Assembly: GCA_017438745.1 (NCBI GenBank)
Contig: JAFRUS010000093.1
Location: 3,794 to 67,793, forward strand
Length of the DNA stretch: 64,000 nucleotides
Reading direction: 5' to 3'
Source: Oscillospiraceae bacterium
GTDB lineage: Bacteria > Bacillota > Clostridia > Oscillospirales > Ruminococcaceae
In this document: piece by piece, positions 18,386 to 28,159 of the stretch
How positions within the stretch are numbered: position 1 is the stretch's first letter
How the letters are laid out: each line of letters opens with the position of its first letter
Notes under the pieces: generated by a model
The model's database searches: none
What the model was told of the DNA's origin: nothing
What the model saw: only the letters and a program-made list of their open reading frames with translations
Position numbers and translations under genes: made by a program

Positions 18386-18489
18386 GGAAACGCTGATTTA
18401 TAAATCAGCGTGGGGGCCCGGGGCGAAGCCCCGCAAGTCCACATCCTGAAATCCGGCGTAGCCGGATTTCAGATTTAATCAGTGTTTTC
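18386..18489 (+). repeat. Modular repeat, copy D (forward, full length) within a 5' UTR
   Basis: ggaaacgctgatttataaatcagcg / ggcccggggcgaagccccg / gaaatccggcgtagccggatttc / ttaatcagtgttttc. Confidence 0.9.
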
Positions 18490-18535
18490 TATACAATGAT
18501 ATTATTTGGGATCAATAATAAAGGGGAAAGATATT

Positions 18536-20383
18536 ATGAAGGGATTAATAAAAAGGGGAAGTCTCCGTGTACTGTCTTTTACAGCGGCCTGTCTGGTAGC
18601 GACGGTTAACTGTCTTGGACCGGTGGGTGAGCTTATAAGCGTTCATGCCGTTACTGATACAACTGATATCAGGAGCTGGAAACAGTTCGATGACAGATGG
18701 GGAGACATCCATCTTGGCAAGAGCGGCTACAATATGCGCGGAAGCGGATGTGCAACTACTTCGCTGGCGTTTCTGGTCGCTAAGGCCGGCAACTTTAAGG
18801 AAACGAATTTTGATCCGGGTATGTTCTGCAGACTCATGACTCAGTTTAACGGATTTGGTTCCGAAGGCGATATTTACTGGGGCAAGGTAAGCAGTGTCGC
18901 ACCGGGATTCAGATATGTAAAGACCGAATATCTGAGAAAGAATCTCTCTTATGAGGAAAGATATGAAGCTATAAAAAAATATGTTGACGAAGGTAAATAT
19001 CTCATAATCGACGTCCAGAATTCAGGACACTGGGTGGCTGTTGACGGTATCGAAAATGACAGAATCATCTCCTTCGATCCGGGCGGATACAGAAATACTG
19101 ATGTATTTGAGCAGTACGATCATCTTGGCAATACATGCATCAAGGTGTTCGAATCTAACTACACTGTTGATGAGATGCCGGAACTCGAATATAATTATAA
19201 CACAGGAAGATACGTTACAACAGCGGATCTTCTCAATGTGAGAAAGCATCCTTCATCATCTTCGGAACGTGTCGGCGGACTTTTCAAGGGCTCGCGTGTC
19301 GAGGTAAAGGGAATTTCAGGATGCTGGGGCATGATAATCTACAACGATGCTACAGCGTGGATATGCCTTGAATATACAGTTCCATTTACCGGAGAGCTTA
19401 AGGAAAACGAGCAGTTTGTATCTCTGATCACAGAAGATCCGGCGATAACAACTGTTACACCTTCGACAGAAGCACCGCAGACAGAAAAGGTCACTGAAAC
19501 GAAAAAGTTAACAGAAGCTCCGGTGACAACCGTGGCCACTACCACAACAGTCACTGAGACCACTTCTGAAACAACAACGACTACTGTTCCGGTAACTACT
19601 ACGGTAACGACAACTACGACTCCGGTCACTACTACAGTAACGACCACGACGACTACAATGCCTGTTACGACTACAGTGACAGAGACGACAACAATACCGG
19701 AAACAACTGTTACGACAGTCATTACTGAAAAAGAACCGGAAGTATCCGACCTCAGTGAATTCAGATGCAAAACAAGTGCAGCACTGAATTTCCGCAAGGG
19801 ACCGGGAACCGACAACGAGATTATATGCGTGCTCCCGAAGGGAACATCTGTTATAGTGTACGGAGAAGATGAAAACGACAGATGGGGCATGACGGAATAC
19901 AAAGGTCAGAAAGGCTGGATATGCCTTGACTATGTTGTACCGGAAGATGAACCTGAAGAGACTCCTGCAGTGACTGAAGAACCTGAGAAGGTAACAGAAG
20001 AGCCTGAAAAACTGTATGAGGAGCCGGAGAAAGAAACTGAAGCAAGTGAGACTGAAGTATCTGAACCGGCTGCGGAAGAAACAGAAACACCTTCAGAAAG
20101 CGAAAAAGAACCGGTTACAGATACAGCACCTGTCGGAGCAGTAATAGGCACAGCAATGTACGGCGGCACAGCAATAATACCTGAACCGGACGAATTCGGT
20201 ATCCTCAGAGGAGACATTGACGGAAACGGCTTTATAAATATTCTCGACTACATAATGCTCCGTGATCATTTCGAAGGCAAGAAGATAAACATCCTTTACG
20301 AGGAAGCGGACGTAAATGCCGACGGCTCAGTAACCTTAAGCGACCTTGTTGCAGTAAGAAACATGTTTGTAGCAAGGAAGTAA
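18536..20383 (+). CDS. Secreted C39-like cysteine peptidase domain protein with two SH3b-like domains, Thr/Pro linkers and a C-terminal type I dockerin
   Basis: Signal/TM segment VLSFTAACLVATV. Cys motif GSGCATTSLAF and His motif SGHWVAVDG. Two segments resemble SH3b domains (LNVRKHPS..., LNFRKGPG...). Dockerin Ca-binding repeats DIDGNGFINILD and DVNADGSVTLSD. AGGGGA RBS before ATG 18536. Confidence 0.75.
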   Translation: MKGLIKRGSLRVLSFTAACLVATVNCLGPVGELISVHAVTDTTDIRSWKQFDDRWGDIHLGKSGYNMRGSGCATTSLAFLVAKAGNFKETNFDPGMFCRLMTQFNGFGSEGDIYWGKVSSVAPGFRYVKTEYLRKNLSYEERYEAIKKYVDEGKYLIIDVQNSGHWVAVDGIENDRIISFDPGGYRNTDVFEQYDHLGNTCIKVFESNYTVDEMPELEYNYNTGRYVTTADLLNVRKHPSSSSERVGGLFKGSRVEVKGISGCWGMIIYNDATAWICLEYTVPFTGELKENEQFVSLITEDPAITTVTPSTEAPQTEKVTETKKLTEAPVTTVATTTTVTETTSETTTTTVPVTTTVTTTTTPVTTTVTTTTTTMPVTTTVTETTTIPETTVTTVITEKEPEVSDLSEFRCKTSAALNFRKGPGTDNEIICVLPKGTSVIVYGEDENDRWGMTEYKGQKGWICLDYVVPEDEPEETPAVTEEPEKVTEEPEKLYEEPEKETEASETEVSEPAAEETETPSESEKEPVTDTAPVGAVIGTAMYGGTAIIPEPDEFGILRGDIDGNGFINILDYIMLRDHFEGKKINILYEEADVNADGSVTLSDLVAVRNMFVARK

Positions 20384-20443
20384 TGGTCGTAAATGATCTT
20401 AATCAGCGTTCCGCACTTTATAAAAGTTAATCGAATATCCACA

Positions 20444-20485
20444 CCCTGACGGACTTCACATCCCAGTCTGTCAGGGCTGTTTTTA
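20444..20485 (+). terminator. Rho-independent terminator
   Basis: Stem ccctgac(g)g / c(t)gtcaggg followed by ctgttttt. Confidence 0.6.
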
Positions 20486-20538
20486 TGCCTTATTACAGCG
20501 AATATAAAAAAAGAACGATATATTCACAATAATTCCAC

Positions 20539-20567
20539 TTTACAATTTTCCTTTTTTGTGGTATATT
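20539..20567 (+). promoter_or_regulatory. Candidate promoter of the prmA-parE-parC-glmS block
   Basis: TTTACA, 17 nt, TATATT with an upstream TGg (extended -10). Confidence 0.5.
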
Positions 20568-20599
20568 AAGAATTGAATGTTTTACAGGAGGATTCTATC

Positions 20600-21565
20600 A
20601 TGAACTGGACAGAACTAGATATTTTTACAACCACCGAAGGAATAGACCTTGTGACATCCGGACTTATGGATATCGGTATAAGAGGATTTGCTATAAAAGA
20701 TGCAAATGACTTCAAGGAATTTCTTCAGAACAAGGAAGGCAACTGGGATTATCTTGAAGATGATCTGATGCAGCTTGCTGAGTGTGAAACTACGGTAACA
20801 GTATATCTTCCTGAAAACAGTCAGGGTGCTGAAATGCTTCTTTCGATCAAGTCGATGCTTGCGACAATGAAAGCAAACGACAGTGAAGGCCTTTACGGAA
20901 GACTGGAAACAGAAATGAAGAACGTAAAGGAAGAGGACTGGGCTAATAACTGGAAGCAGTACTTCAAGCCTATGGAGATAGGAAAGAGACTTATGGTCAA
21001 GCCTTCATGGGAGAATATCGGTGAAACAGACCGTACTGTCCTTGAGATAGATCCTGCTTCAAGTTTCGGAAGCGGTCAGCACTACACCACAAAACTCTGT
21101 CTTGAATTTCTTGACGGACTTGATGTTACAGGAAAAAAGGTACTCGATCTCGGCTGTGGAAGCGGTATCCTTTCAATTGCTGCAATGCTTCTTGGTGCTG
21201 AAAGTGCCGTGGCAGTTGACGTTGAGGAAAATGCAGTCAAGATAGCAGTGGAAAACGCTGAGAAAAACCATATCGATACCGCAAAGTACACAGCATACTG
21301 CGGTAACATAATAAAAGACGATGAACTTACAGGCCGCATAGGTGAGGGTTACGACATAATCACAGCTAATATTGTCGCAGACATTCTCATCGGCATGAAG
21401 GACCATTTCTATAAATTCTTAAAGCCTGACGGAATACTCATAATCTCAGGCATTATAGACGAACGCAAGGAAGAGGTAACTGATGCAGTTACCGGTGCAG
21501 GATTTGAAATAATCAAGGCCTGCGAGGAAAGCGACTGGGCAGCAGTAATGCTCAGAAAAAAATAA
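20600..21565 (+). CDS. prmA: Ribosomal protein L11 methyltransferase
   Basis: MNWTELDIFTT start, SAM-binding VLDLGCGSGILSI and the NIVADIL motif. The track start at 20573 is an upstream extension. Confidence 0.85.
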   Translation: MNWTELDIFTTTEGIDLVTSGLMDIGIRGFAIKDANDFKEFLQNKEGNWDYLEDDLMQLAECETTVTVYLPENSQGAEMLLSIKSMLATMKANDSEGLYGRLETEMKNVKEEDWANNWKQYFKPMEIGKRLMVKPSWENIGETDRTVLEIDPASSFGSGQHYTTKLCLEFLDGLDVTGKKVLDLGCGSGILSIAAMLLGAESAVAVDVEENAVKIAVENAEKNHIDTAKYTAYCGNIIKDDELTGRIGEGYDIITANIVADILIGMKDHFYKFLKPDGILIISGIIDERKEEVTDAVTGAGFEIIKACEESDWAAVMLRKK

Positions 21566-21589
21566 TCTGAAATTTAAAGAAGGATAAAG

Positions 21590-23572
21590 ATGTCAAAGAA
21601 AACTGCTGGATACGGTAATGACAGTATCACGATGCTCAAAGGTGCCGACAAGGTAAGGAAAAGACCTGCGGTAATCTTCGGCTCGGATGGTATAGACGGA
21701 TGTGAACACTCGGTTTTCGAAGTCATATCCAACTCAATAGATGAAGCCCGTGCCGGTTACGGTGACAGGATCATCATAACAAAATTTAAGGACAACGTTT
21801 TTGAAGTCGAGGACTTCGGACGCGGATGCCCTGTTGACTATAACAAAACAGAAGACCGCTTCAACTGGGAACTTGTTTACTGCGAGCTCTACGCCGGAGG
21901 CAAGTACGGTACTGAAAGCGATACTTATGAATACTCACTTGGTCTTAACGGTCTCGGTCTGTGTGCTACTCAGTTCTCATCTGAGTTCATGGACGTCGAG
22001 GTTCTCCGTGACGGATACAAATACTCGCTTCATTTTGAAAAGGGCGACAATGTAGGCGGACTTAAAAAGGAAACATACAAGGGAAAGAACACCGGTACAA
22101 AGACCAGATGGCGTCCTGACCTTGAAGTATTTACCGAGATAGATATCTCAGATGACTTTTTCAGAGATATACTCAAAAGACAGGCTGTAGTAAATCCTAA
22201 CCTTCTTTTCATTTTCCGTACAGAAAATGAAGACGGTACTTTTGAGGAAGAAAATTTCATCTACGAAAACGGTATAACTGACTACCTTAAGGAAACAGTC
22301 GGTGAAGATGCGCTTACCAGTATCCAGTACTGGCAGTGTGAACGTGAAGGCCGTGACAGAGCTGACAAGCCGGATTACAAGGTTCGTCTTTCAGTTGCCT
22401 TTGCTTTTTCAAACAAAATAAAGAAGCTGGAATACTACCACAATTCAAGTTATCTTGAATACGGCGGTTCACCGGAAAAGGCAGTTAAGCAGGCCTTTGT
22501 TTCACAGATAGACACCTATCTGAAACAGAACGGCAAATATCTCAAGAACGAGGGCAAGATCACCTTCGTGGACATTGAGGACTGTCTTGTTCTTGTTTCA
22601 TCTTCATTCTCGACACAGACATCATACGAGAACCAGACCAAGAAGGCTATAAACAACAAATTTATCTACGAAGCGATGACGGAGTTCCTGAAGCATCAGA
22701 TTGAGGTCTACTTCCTCGAAAATCCGGACGAGGCGCTTAAGATCTGCGAGCAGATCATGATAAACAAGCGCAGCCGTGAAAATGCTGAAAAGACCCGTCT
22801 TAACATAAAGAAAAAGCTGGCAGGTACCATCGACCTTTCAAACATGGTACAGAAATTTGTTGACTGCCGTACCAAGGATGTTTCAAGACGTGAGCTCTAC
22901 ATAGTGGAGGGTGACTCGGCTCTTGGCGCTGTTAAGCTTGCCAGGGAAGCTGAATTCCAGGCTATCATCCCGGTACGAGGCAAGATACTCAACTGTCTTA
23001 AGGCTGACTACAGCAAGATATTCAAGAACGAGATCATCACGGACATAATCAAGGTACTGGGCTGCGGTGTCGAAGTAAACACCAAGGCAAACAAGGATCT
23101 TTCATCATTCAGCCTTGAAAATCTCAGATGGAACAAGGTCGTTATCTGTACCGATGCCGATGTGGACGGATACCAGATAAGAACTCTTATTCTCACAATG
23201 CTCTACAGACTGACTCCTACGCTTATCGACGAAGGGTTTGTCTATATAGCTGAATCACCGCTTTTTGAGATCACGACAAAGGACAAGACGTACTTTGCCT
23301 ACACCGAAAAGGAAAAGACAAGAATACTTGAAAAGCTTGGCGATAAGAAATATACTCTTCAGCGTTCAAAAGGTCTTGGCGAAAACGAACCTGAAATGAT
23401 GGCTCTGACTACCATGAACCCTGACACAAGAAGACTTATAAAGGTTACAAGGGACGAAATGGAAGCAACTGCGAACATGTTTGACCTTCTTCTTGGCGAT
23501 AATCTTCAGGGCCGTAAGGATTACATTTCCGAGTTCGGCGGAGATTATCTTGAAATGGCTGATATTTCATAA
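21590..23572 (+). CDS. parE: Type IIA topoisomerase subunit B (topoisomerase IV ParE-like)
   Basis: 660 aa. GHKL ATPase N-terminus (LKGADKVRKRPAVIFG), Toprim EGDSA and the DADVDG motif. Confidence 0.8.
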   Translation: MSKKTAGYGNDSITMLKGADKVRKRPAVIFGSDGIDGCEHSVFEVISNSIDEARAGYGDRIIITKFKDNVFEVEDFGRGCPVDYNKTEDRFNWELVYCELYAGGKYGTESDTYEYSLGLNGLGLCATQFSSEFMDVEVLRDGYKYSLHFEKGDNVGGLKKETYKGKNTGTKTRWRPDLEVFTEIDISDDFFRDILKRQAVVNPNLLFIFRTENEDGTFEEENFIYENGITDYLKETVGEDALTSIQYWQCEREGRDRADKPDYKVRLSVAFAFSNKIKKLEYYHNSSYLEYGGSPEKAVKQAFVSQIDTYLKQNGKYLKNEGKITFVDIEDCLVLVSSSFSTQTSYENQTKKAINNKFIYEAMTEFLKHQIEVYFLENPDEALKICEQIMINKRSRENAEKTRLNIKKKLAGTIDLSNMVQKFVDCRTKDVSRRELYIVEGDSALGAVKLAREAEFQAIIPVRGKILNCLKADYSKIFKNEIITDIIKVLGCGVEVNTKANKDLSSFSLENLRWNKVVICTDADVDGYQIRTLILTMLYRLTPTLIDEGFVYIAESPLFEITTKDKTYFAYTEKEKTRILEKLGDKKYTLQRSKGLGENEPEMMALTTMNPDTRRLIKVTRDEMEATANMFDLLLGDNLQGRKDYISEFGGDYLEMADIS

Positions 23573-23587
23573 CTGCGGGGTTATTAA

Positions 23588-25816
23588 ATGGCAAAGAAAC
23601 ATGTAACTGAAACCAAAATAAAAAAGATACCAAACGCCTACATTGAAGGTGCCGGTGTTGTGGTTCAGGAAAAGATCACAGAGACTCTTGAAAAGAACTA
23701 CATGCCGTACGCAATGAGCGTTATCATATCACGAGCTCTGCCGGAGATCGACGGCTTCAAGCCTTCACACAGAAAGCTTCTCTATACCATGTACAAAATG
23801 GGACTTCTGACCGGTCAGAAAACCAAGTCCGCAAACGTGGTTGGACAGACCATGCGTCTTAACCCTCACGGCGACGGTGCTATATATGAGACACTTGTAC
23901 GTCTTTCACGCGGCAACGAGACTCTGCTTCATCCGTACATAGACTCAAAGGGCAACTTCGGTAAGTCCTATTCAAGGGATATGGCCTATGCCGCTTCACG
24001 ATACACGGAAGTAAAGCTTGACCCTATATGTGCCGAGATGTTCAGGGACATCGACAAGGACACGGTCGATTTCGTACCGAACTACGACAACACGATGATG
24101 GAGCCGACACTTTTCCCGGCGACATTCCCGTCGGTTCTCGTAAACTCCAACGTTGGTATTGCCGTTTCCATGGCGAGCAGCGTGTGCCCTTTCAATCTTG
24201 AGGAAGTGTGCGAGACCTGTATCTCGCTTATAAAGAACCCTTCACACAACGTTCTCACCACCCTTAAGGGACCTGACTTCCCGGGCGGCGGCTACTACAT
24301 CTACGATGAAGGTGAGTTTGCGAAGATCTGCGCGACCGGCAAGGGTTCCATGAAGGTACGCGCTAAGTACAGCTACGACAAGGCTGCAAACTGTATTGAG
24401 GTAACTGAAATACCGTACAGCACCACTGTCGAAGCAATTATGGACAAGATAATCGAGCTTATCAAACTGGGCAAGATCCGTGAAGTATCGTATTTACGTG
24501 ACGAAACAGATCTGAGCGGTCTTAAGCTTGCGATAGATCTCAAAAGGGGAACTGACCCTGACAAGCTCATGCAGAAGCTTTTCAGACTAACTCCTCTTCA
24601 GGACAACTACTCGTGTAACTTCAACATCCTTATCGCAGGAAATCCGAAGGTTATGGGTGTCGGAGAAATACTTACCGAGTGGACGGCGTTCAGAAAGGAA
24701 TGCATAAAACGAAGAGTCTACTTCGATCTTACAAAGATGAAGGATAAGCTTCACCTGCTCGAAGGTCTTAAAAAGATCCTTCTTGACATCGACAAGGCGA
24801 TAAAGATCATCAGGGAGACAGCTGAGGAAGCTGATGTAGTTCCGAACCTTATGATAGGCTTCGGAATAGACGAGATCCAGGCTGAATATGTTGCTGAAAT
24901 AAAACTTCGTCACATCAACAAGGAATATATACTCAAACGTGTCGAGGAAACTGAACAGCTGAAGAATGATATTGCCGAAATGGAAGGAATTCTTGCCGAT
25001 CCGAAAAAGATCGAAAAGATCATCATAACAGAACTTAAGGATGTTATAAAGAAATACAGCAAGCCGAGACTTACAGAAGTCATCTATGATGATGATACTG
25101 AAAATGCAGACATCGACGAGGATATTCCTGATTATCCGGTAAATCTTTTCCTCTCGGAAAGCGGATATTTCAAGAAGATCACAAATCAGTCACTCAGAAT
25201 GAGCAGTGATCAGAAGCTCAAGGAAGGCGACAGGATCGTCGCTCATATAGAGTCGAACAACAAGTCTGATCTGCTTTTCTTTACTGACATGCAGCAGGTC
25301 TACAAGACCAAGGCGAGTGCCTTTGATGATACCAAGGCGAGTGTGCTCGGTGACTACGTTCCTGCCAAGCTTGGCTTTGACCAGGATGAAAACGTAAGAT
25401 ACATGGTGAACACCACCGATTATTCCGGATTCATGTTCTTTGTGTTTGAAAACGGAAAGGTAGCAAAGGTTCCGCTTAAGGAGTACGAGACCAAGACCAA
25501 CAGGAAGAAGCTTCAGAAAGCATATTCAGGCAAGTCTACTCTTGTGGCGATTCTTTACGCTGCCGACAACTGCGATCTTCTGATCTCATCATCGGCAGGA
25601 AAGTCGCTTGTGTTTGACACAGGTCTCATTCTTCCGAAATCGACCCGTGACACGCAGGGAGTTCAGGTCATGACGCTTCGCGGCAGTGCCGTTATAACAA
25701 AAGCTGCTGTTCTTTCAGATGAAGCTTCAGCGGAAAAATTCAGAGCAAAGTCTATTCCGGCTGCAGGAACAGCGACAGGTAATGCTGACGTTTTTCCGGG
25801 ACAGCTTGAGTTATAA
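23588..25816 (+). CDS. parC: Type IIA topoisomerase subunit A (topoisomerase IV ParC-like)
   Basis: 742 aa. RALPEIDGFKPSHRKLLY, the catalytic Tyr region AASRYTE and HPHGD-like NPHGDGAIY. The short C-terminal domain favours ParC over GyrA. Confidence 0.8.
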   Translation: MAKKHVTETKIKKIPNAYIEGAGVVVQEKITETLEKNYMPYAMSVIISRALPEIDGFKPSHRKLLYTMYKMGLLTGQKTKSANVVGQTMRLNPHGDGAIYETLVRLSRGNETLLHPYIDSKGNFGKSYSRDMAYAASRYTEVKLDPICAEMFRDIDKDTVDFVPNYDNTMMEPTLFPATFPSVLVNSNVGIAVSMASSVCPFNLEEVCETCISLIKNPSHNVLTTLKGPDFPGGGYYIYDEGEFAKICATGKGSMKVRAKYSYDKAANCIEVTEIPYSTTVEAIMDKIIELIKLGKIREVSYLRDETDLSGLKLAIDLKRGTDPDKLMQKLFRLTPLQDNYSCNFNILIAGNPKVMGVGEILTEWTAFRKECIKRRVYFDLTKMKDKLHLLEGLKKILLDIDKAIKIIRETAEEADVVPNLMIGFGIDEIQAEYVAEIKLRHINKEYILKRVEETEQLKNDIAEMEGILADPKKIEKIIITELKDVIKKYSKPRLTEVIYDDDTENADIDEDIPDYPVNLFLSESGYFKKITNQSLRMSSDQKLKEGDRIVAHIESNNKSDLLFFTDMQQVYKTKASAFDDTKASVLGDYVPAKLGFDQDENVRYMVNTTDYSGFMFFVFENGKVAKVPLKEYETKTNRKKLQKAYSGKSTLVAILYAADNCDLLISSSAGKSLVFDTGLILPKSTRDTQGVQVMTLRGSAVITKAAVLSDEASAEKFRAKSIPAAGTATGNADVFPGQLEL

Positions 25817-25859
25817 AGTAGTGAAATGAAAAAAGGTTATATGAAAGGAAAAAAGTAAT

Positions 25860-27698
25860 ATGTGCGGTATAGTAGGTTTTACAGGAAGAAAGCAGGCTGC
25901 TCCGGTACTCCTGAGCGGGCTTTCAAAACTTGAGTACAGAGGATATGATTCAGCTGGTATTGCAGTACGTGACGGAGATAAGGCTCCGGAAGTAGTTAAG
26001 GCAAAGGGCAAGCTCAAAGTCCTCATTGAAAAAACAAATGAAGGTGCTGCAGTTAAGGGAAGCTGCGGTATCGGCCATACAAGATGGGCTACTCACGGCG
26101 AACCGTCTGAACTCAATGCACATCCTCACTCCAGTGATGATGAAAATGTTATCGCAGTTCACAACGGTATCATCGAGAACTATCAGGAACTCAAGGAAAA
26201 GCTTACAAAGAGCGGCTATACATTCTGTTCACAGACAGATACAGAAGTTGCTGTTAAGCTTATTGATTACTATTTCAAGAAATATGCTCTCGGTCCGGTC
26301 GATTCAATTGCACGTGCAATGATGCGTATCCGCGGTTCATATGCACTCGCAGTAATGTTCAAGGATTATCCGGGCGAGATCTATACAGCAAGAAAGGACA
26401 GCCCGATGATCATCGGTATAGCAGACGGCGAAACATACGTTGCTTCTGACGTTCCGGCTATCCTCAACTACACAAGAAATGTTTATTACATCGGAAATCT
26501 TGAAATTGCAAGACTTGCTGAGGGTCAGGCTACTTTCTATAATATCGACCGTGAAGAAATCGAAAAGCCTCTCACAGAGATCAAGTGGGATGCTGAAGCT
26601 GCTGAAAAGGGCGGATACGAACATTTCATGCTCAAGGAGATCCACGAACAGCCTGAGGTTATCAAAAATACCATCAACTCTGTTCTTAAGGACGGCGAAG
26701 TTAAGTTTGCTGAATTCGATCTTTCAGATGAGGAAATGAAGAGCATCAACCAGATCTACATTGTTGCCTGCGGTTCAGCTTATCATGTCGGAATGGCAAT
26801 GCAGTATGTAATGGAGGAACTCACTTCGATCAATGTCCGCGTTGAACTTGCTTCAGAGTTCCGTTACAGAAAGATGTCACTTATCAAGAACAGCCTTGTT
26901 ATCATCATCAGCCAGTCAGGTGAAACTGCAGACAGCCTTGCAGCTCTTCGTGAAGCAAAGGAAAACGGTATAAAGACACTTGGTATCGTAAACGTTGTAG
27001 GTTCATCTATCGCACGAGAAGCTGACAATGTATTCTATACACTTGCCGGTCCTGAGATCTCAGTAGCAACAACAAAGGCTTATTCAACACAGCTTGTCGC
27101 AGGATATCTCCTTTCAATCCAGTTTGCGAAGGCAAGAGGCGAGATCACTGATGAACGCTACAATGAACTCATCACCGAGATCCAGACACTTCCTTCAAAG
27201 ATCGCAAAGATCCTTGAGGACAAGGAACGTATTCAGTGGTATGCAAACAAGCTTGTAAACATAAAGGATGCATTCTTCATCGGACGTGGCATAGACTACG
27301 CTATCAGTCTTGAGGGAAGCCTTAAGATGAAGGAGATAAGCTACATTCATTCAGAGGCATATGCTGCAGGTGAGCTCAAGCACGGACCTATCAGCCTTAT
27401 TGAAGACGGCACAGTCGTTATCGGTGTGCTTACACAGCCGGCTCTGTATGAAAAGACAGTCAGCAACATGGTAGAGGTTAAGAGCCGTGGCGCATCACTT
27501 ATGGGCCTTACAACTTATGGTAATTACTCAATTGAAGATACTTCTGACTTCACAGTTTACGTTCCGCAGACTGATCCGCTTTTCGCAGGAAGCCTTTCAG
27601 TAATTCCGCTCCAGCTTCTCGGATACTACGTTTCAGTAGGCAAGGGTTACGACGTTGACAAGCCGAGAAACCTTGCAAAGAGTGTTACAGTAGAATAA
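25860..27698 (+). CDS. glmS: Glutamine--fructose-6-phosphate aminotransferase
   Basis: 612 aa. MCGIVGF Ntn-amidotransferase start, two SIS domains and the C-terminal AKSVTVE. Confidence 0.95.
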   Translation: MCGIVGFTGRKQAAPVLLSGLSKLEYRGYDSAGIAVRDGDKAPEVVKAKGKLKVLIEKTNEGAAVKGSCGIGHTRWATHGEPSELNAHPHSSDDENVIAVHNGIIENYQELKEKLTKSGYTFCSQTDTEVAVKLIDYYFKKYALGPVDSIARAMMRIRGSYALAVMFKDYPGEIYTARKDSPMIIGIADGETYVASDVPAILNYTRNVYYIGNLEIARLAEGQATFYNIDREEIEKPLTEIKWDAEAAEKGGYEHFMLKEIHEQPEVIKNTINSVLKDGEVKFAEFDLSDEEMKSINQIYIVACGSAYHVGMAMQYVMEELTSINVRVELASEFRYRKMSLIKNSLVIIISQSGETADSLAALREAKENGIKTLGIVNVVGSSIAREADNVFYTLAGPEISVATTKAYSTQLVAGYLLSIQFAKARGEITDERYNELITEIQTLPSKIAKILEDKERIQWYANKLVNIKDAFFIGRGIDYAISLEGSLKMKEISYIHSEAYAAGELKHGPISLIEDGTVVIGVLTQPALYEKTVSNMVEVKSRGASLMGLTTYGNYSIEDTSDFTVYVPQTDPLFAGSLSVIPLQLLGYYVSVGKGYDVDKPRNLAKSVTVE

Positions 27699-27814
27699 TT
27701 ACTGTGAAGGTCAAAACAGATTATTCTTTTACTGTACTTTACAGTCAGATTTAAAATACAAATCCAAAAAGCAAGTTATATCTTGCGGAATTTTACTGTT
27801 TTATAACTAAGATC

Positions 27815-27856
27815 AAAAAAGTCTTTCAGAAATTTTTTCTGAAAGACTTTTTTTAT
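27815..27856 (+). terminator. Strong rho-independent terminator after glmS
   Basis: Stem aaaaagtctttcaga / tctgaaagacttttt plus a T run. Confidence 0.85.
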
Positions 27857-28130
27857 TATAATACAGCTTTTGTGAACTTCATACGGAAAAAGTGTTTTTC
27901 TTTTATGTAATAAAACGAAATTCAGATCCGGAACTTGACTTAGTAGTGAAATAATACTATACTTAGTATATGAAAACTACTAACACTTATCTGTATCATT
28001 CGGATAAAGCATTTTTCACGGTGATGAACATTTTTTTGAATGAATTTGAATTTCGGAAGTTCTCTGAATCAGCTCTTATATATTAGAAATCACTAAATAT
28101 GAGTACAAATTTGTTATAAAAGTGCAATAA

Positions 28131-28159
28131 TTGCATAGATAAATACCGGGCAGTATGAT
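28131..28159 (+). promoter_or_regulatory. Candidate promoter of the giant-protein cassette
   Basis: TTGCAT, 17 nt, TATGAT, about 150 nt upstream of ATG 28311. Confidence 0.45.

Noticed and set aside
19480-19720. Highly repetitive ACn/GTn-rich DNA that could be mistaken for a repeat array or CRISPR-like region.
   Set aside because: It is in frame within the dockerin protein and encodes a Thr/Val/Pro linker. There is no repeat-spacer periodicity. The long minus-strand ORF 19339-19902 is a compositional artefact.
25817-25859. I looked for a glmS ribozyme upstream of glmS, which I understand is common in Firmicutes.
   Set aside because: Only 43 nt separate the parC-like stop from the glmS ATG. 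That is far too short for the ribozyme of about 170 nt as I recall it, and the space is occupied by an RBS (aaaggaaaaaag). glmS is apparently co-transcribed with the topoisomerase genes. The absence is real but not clearly significant.
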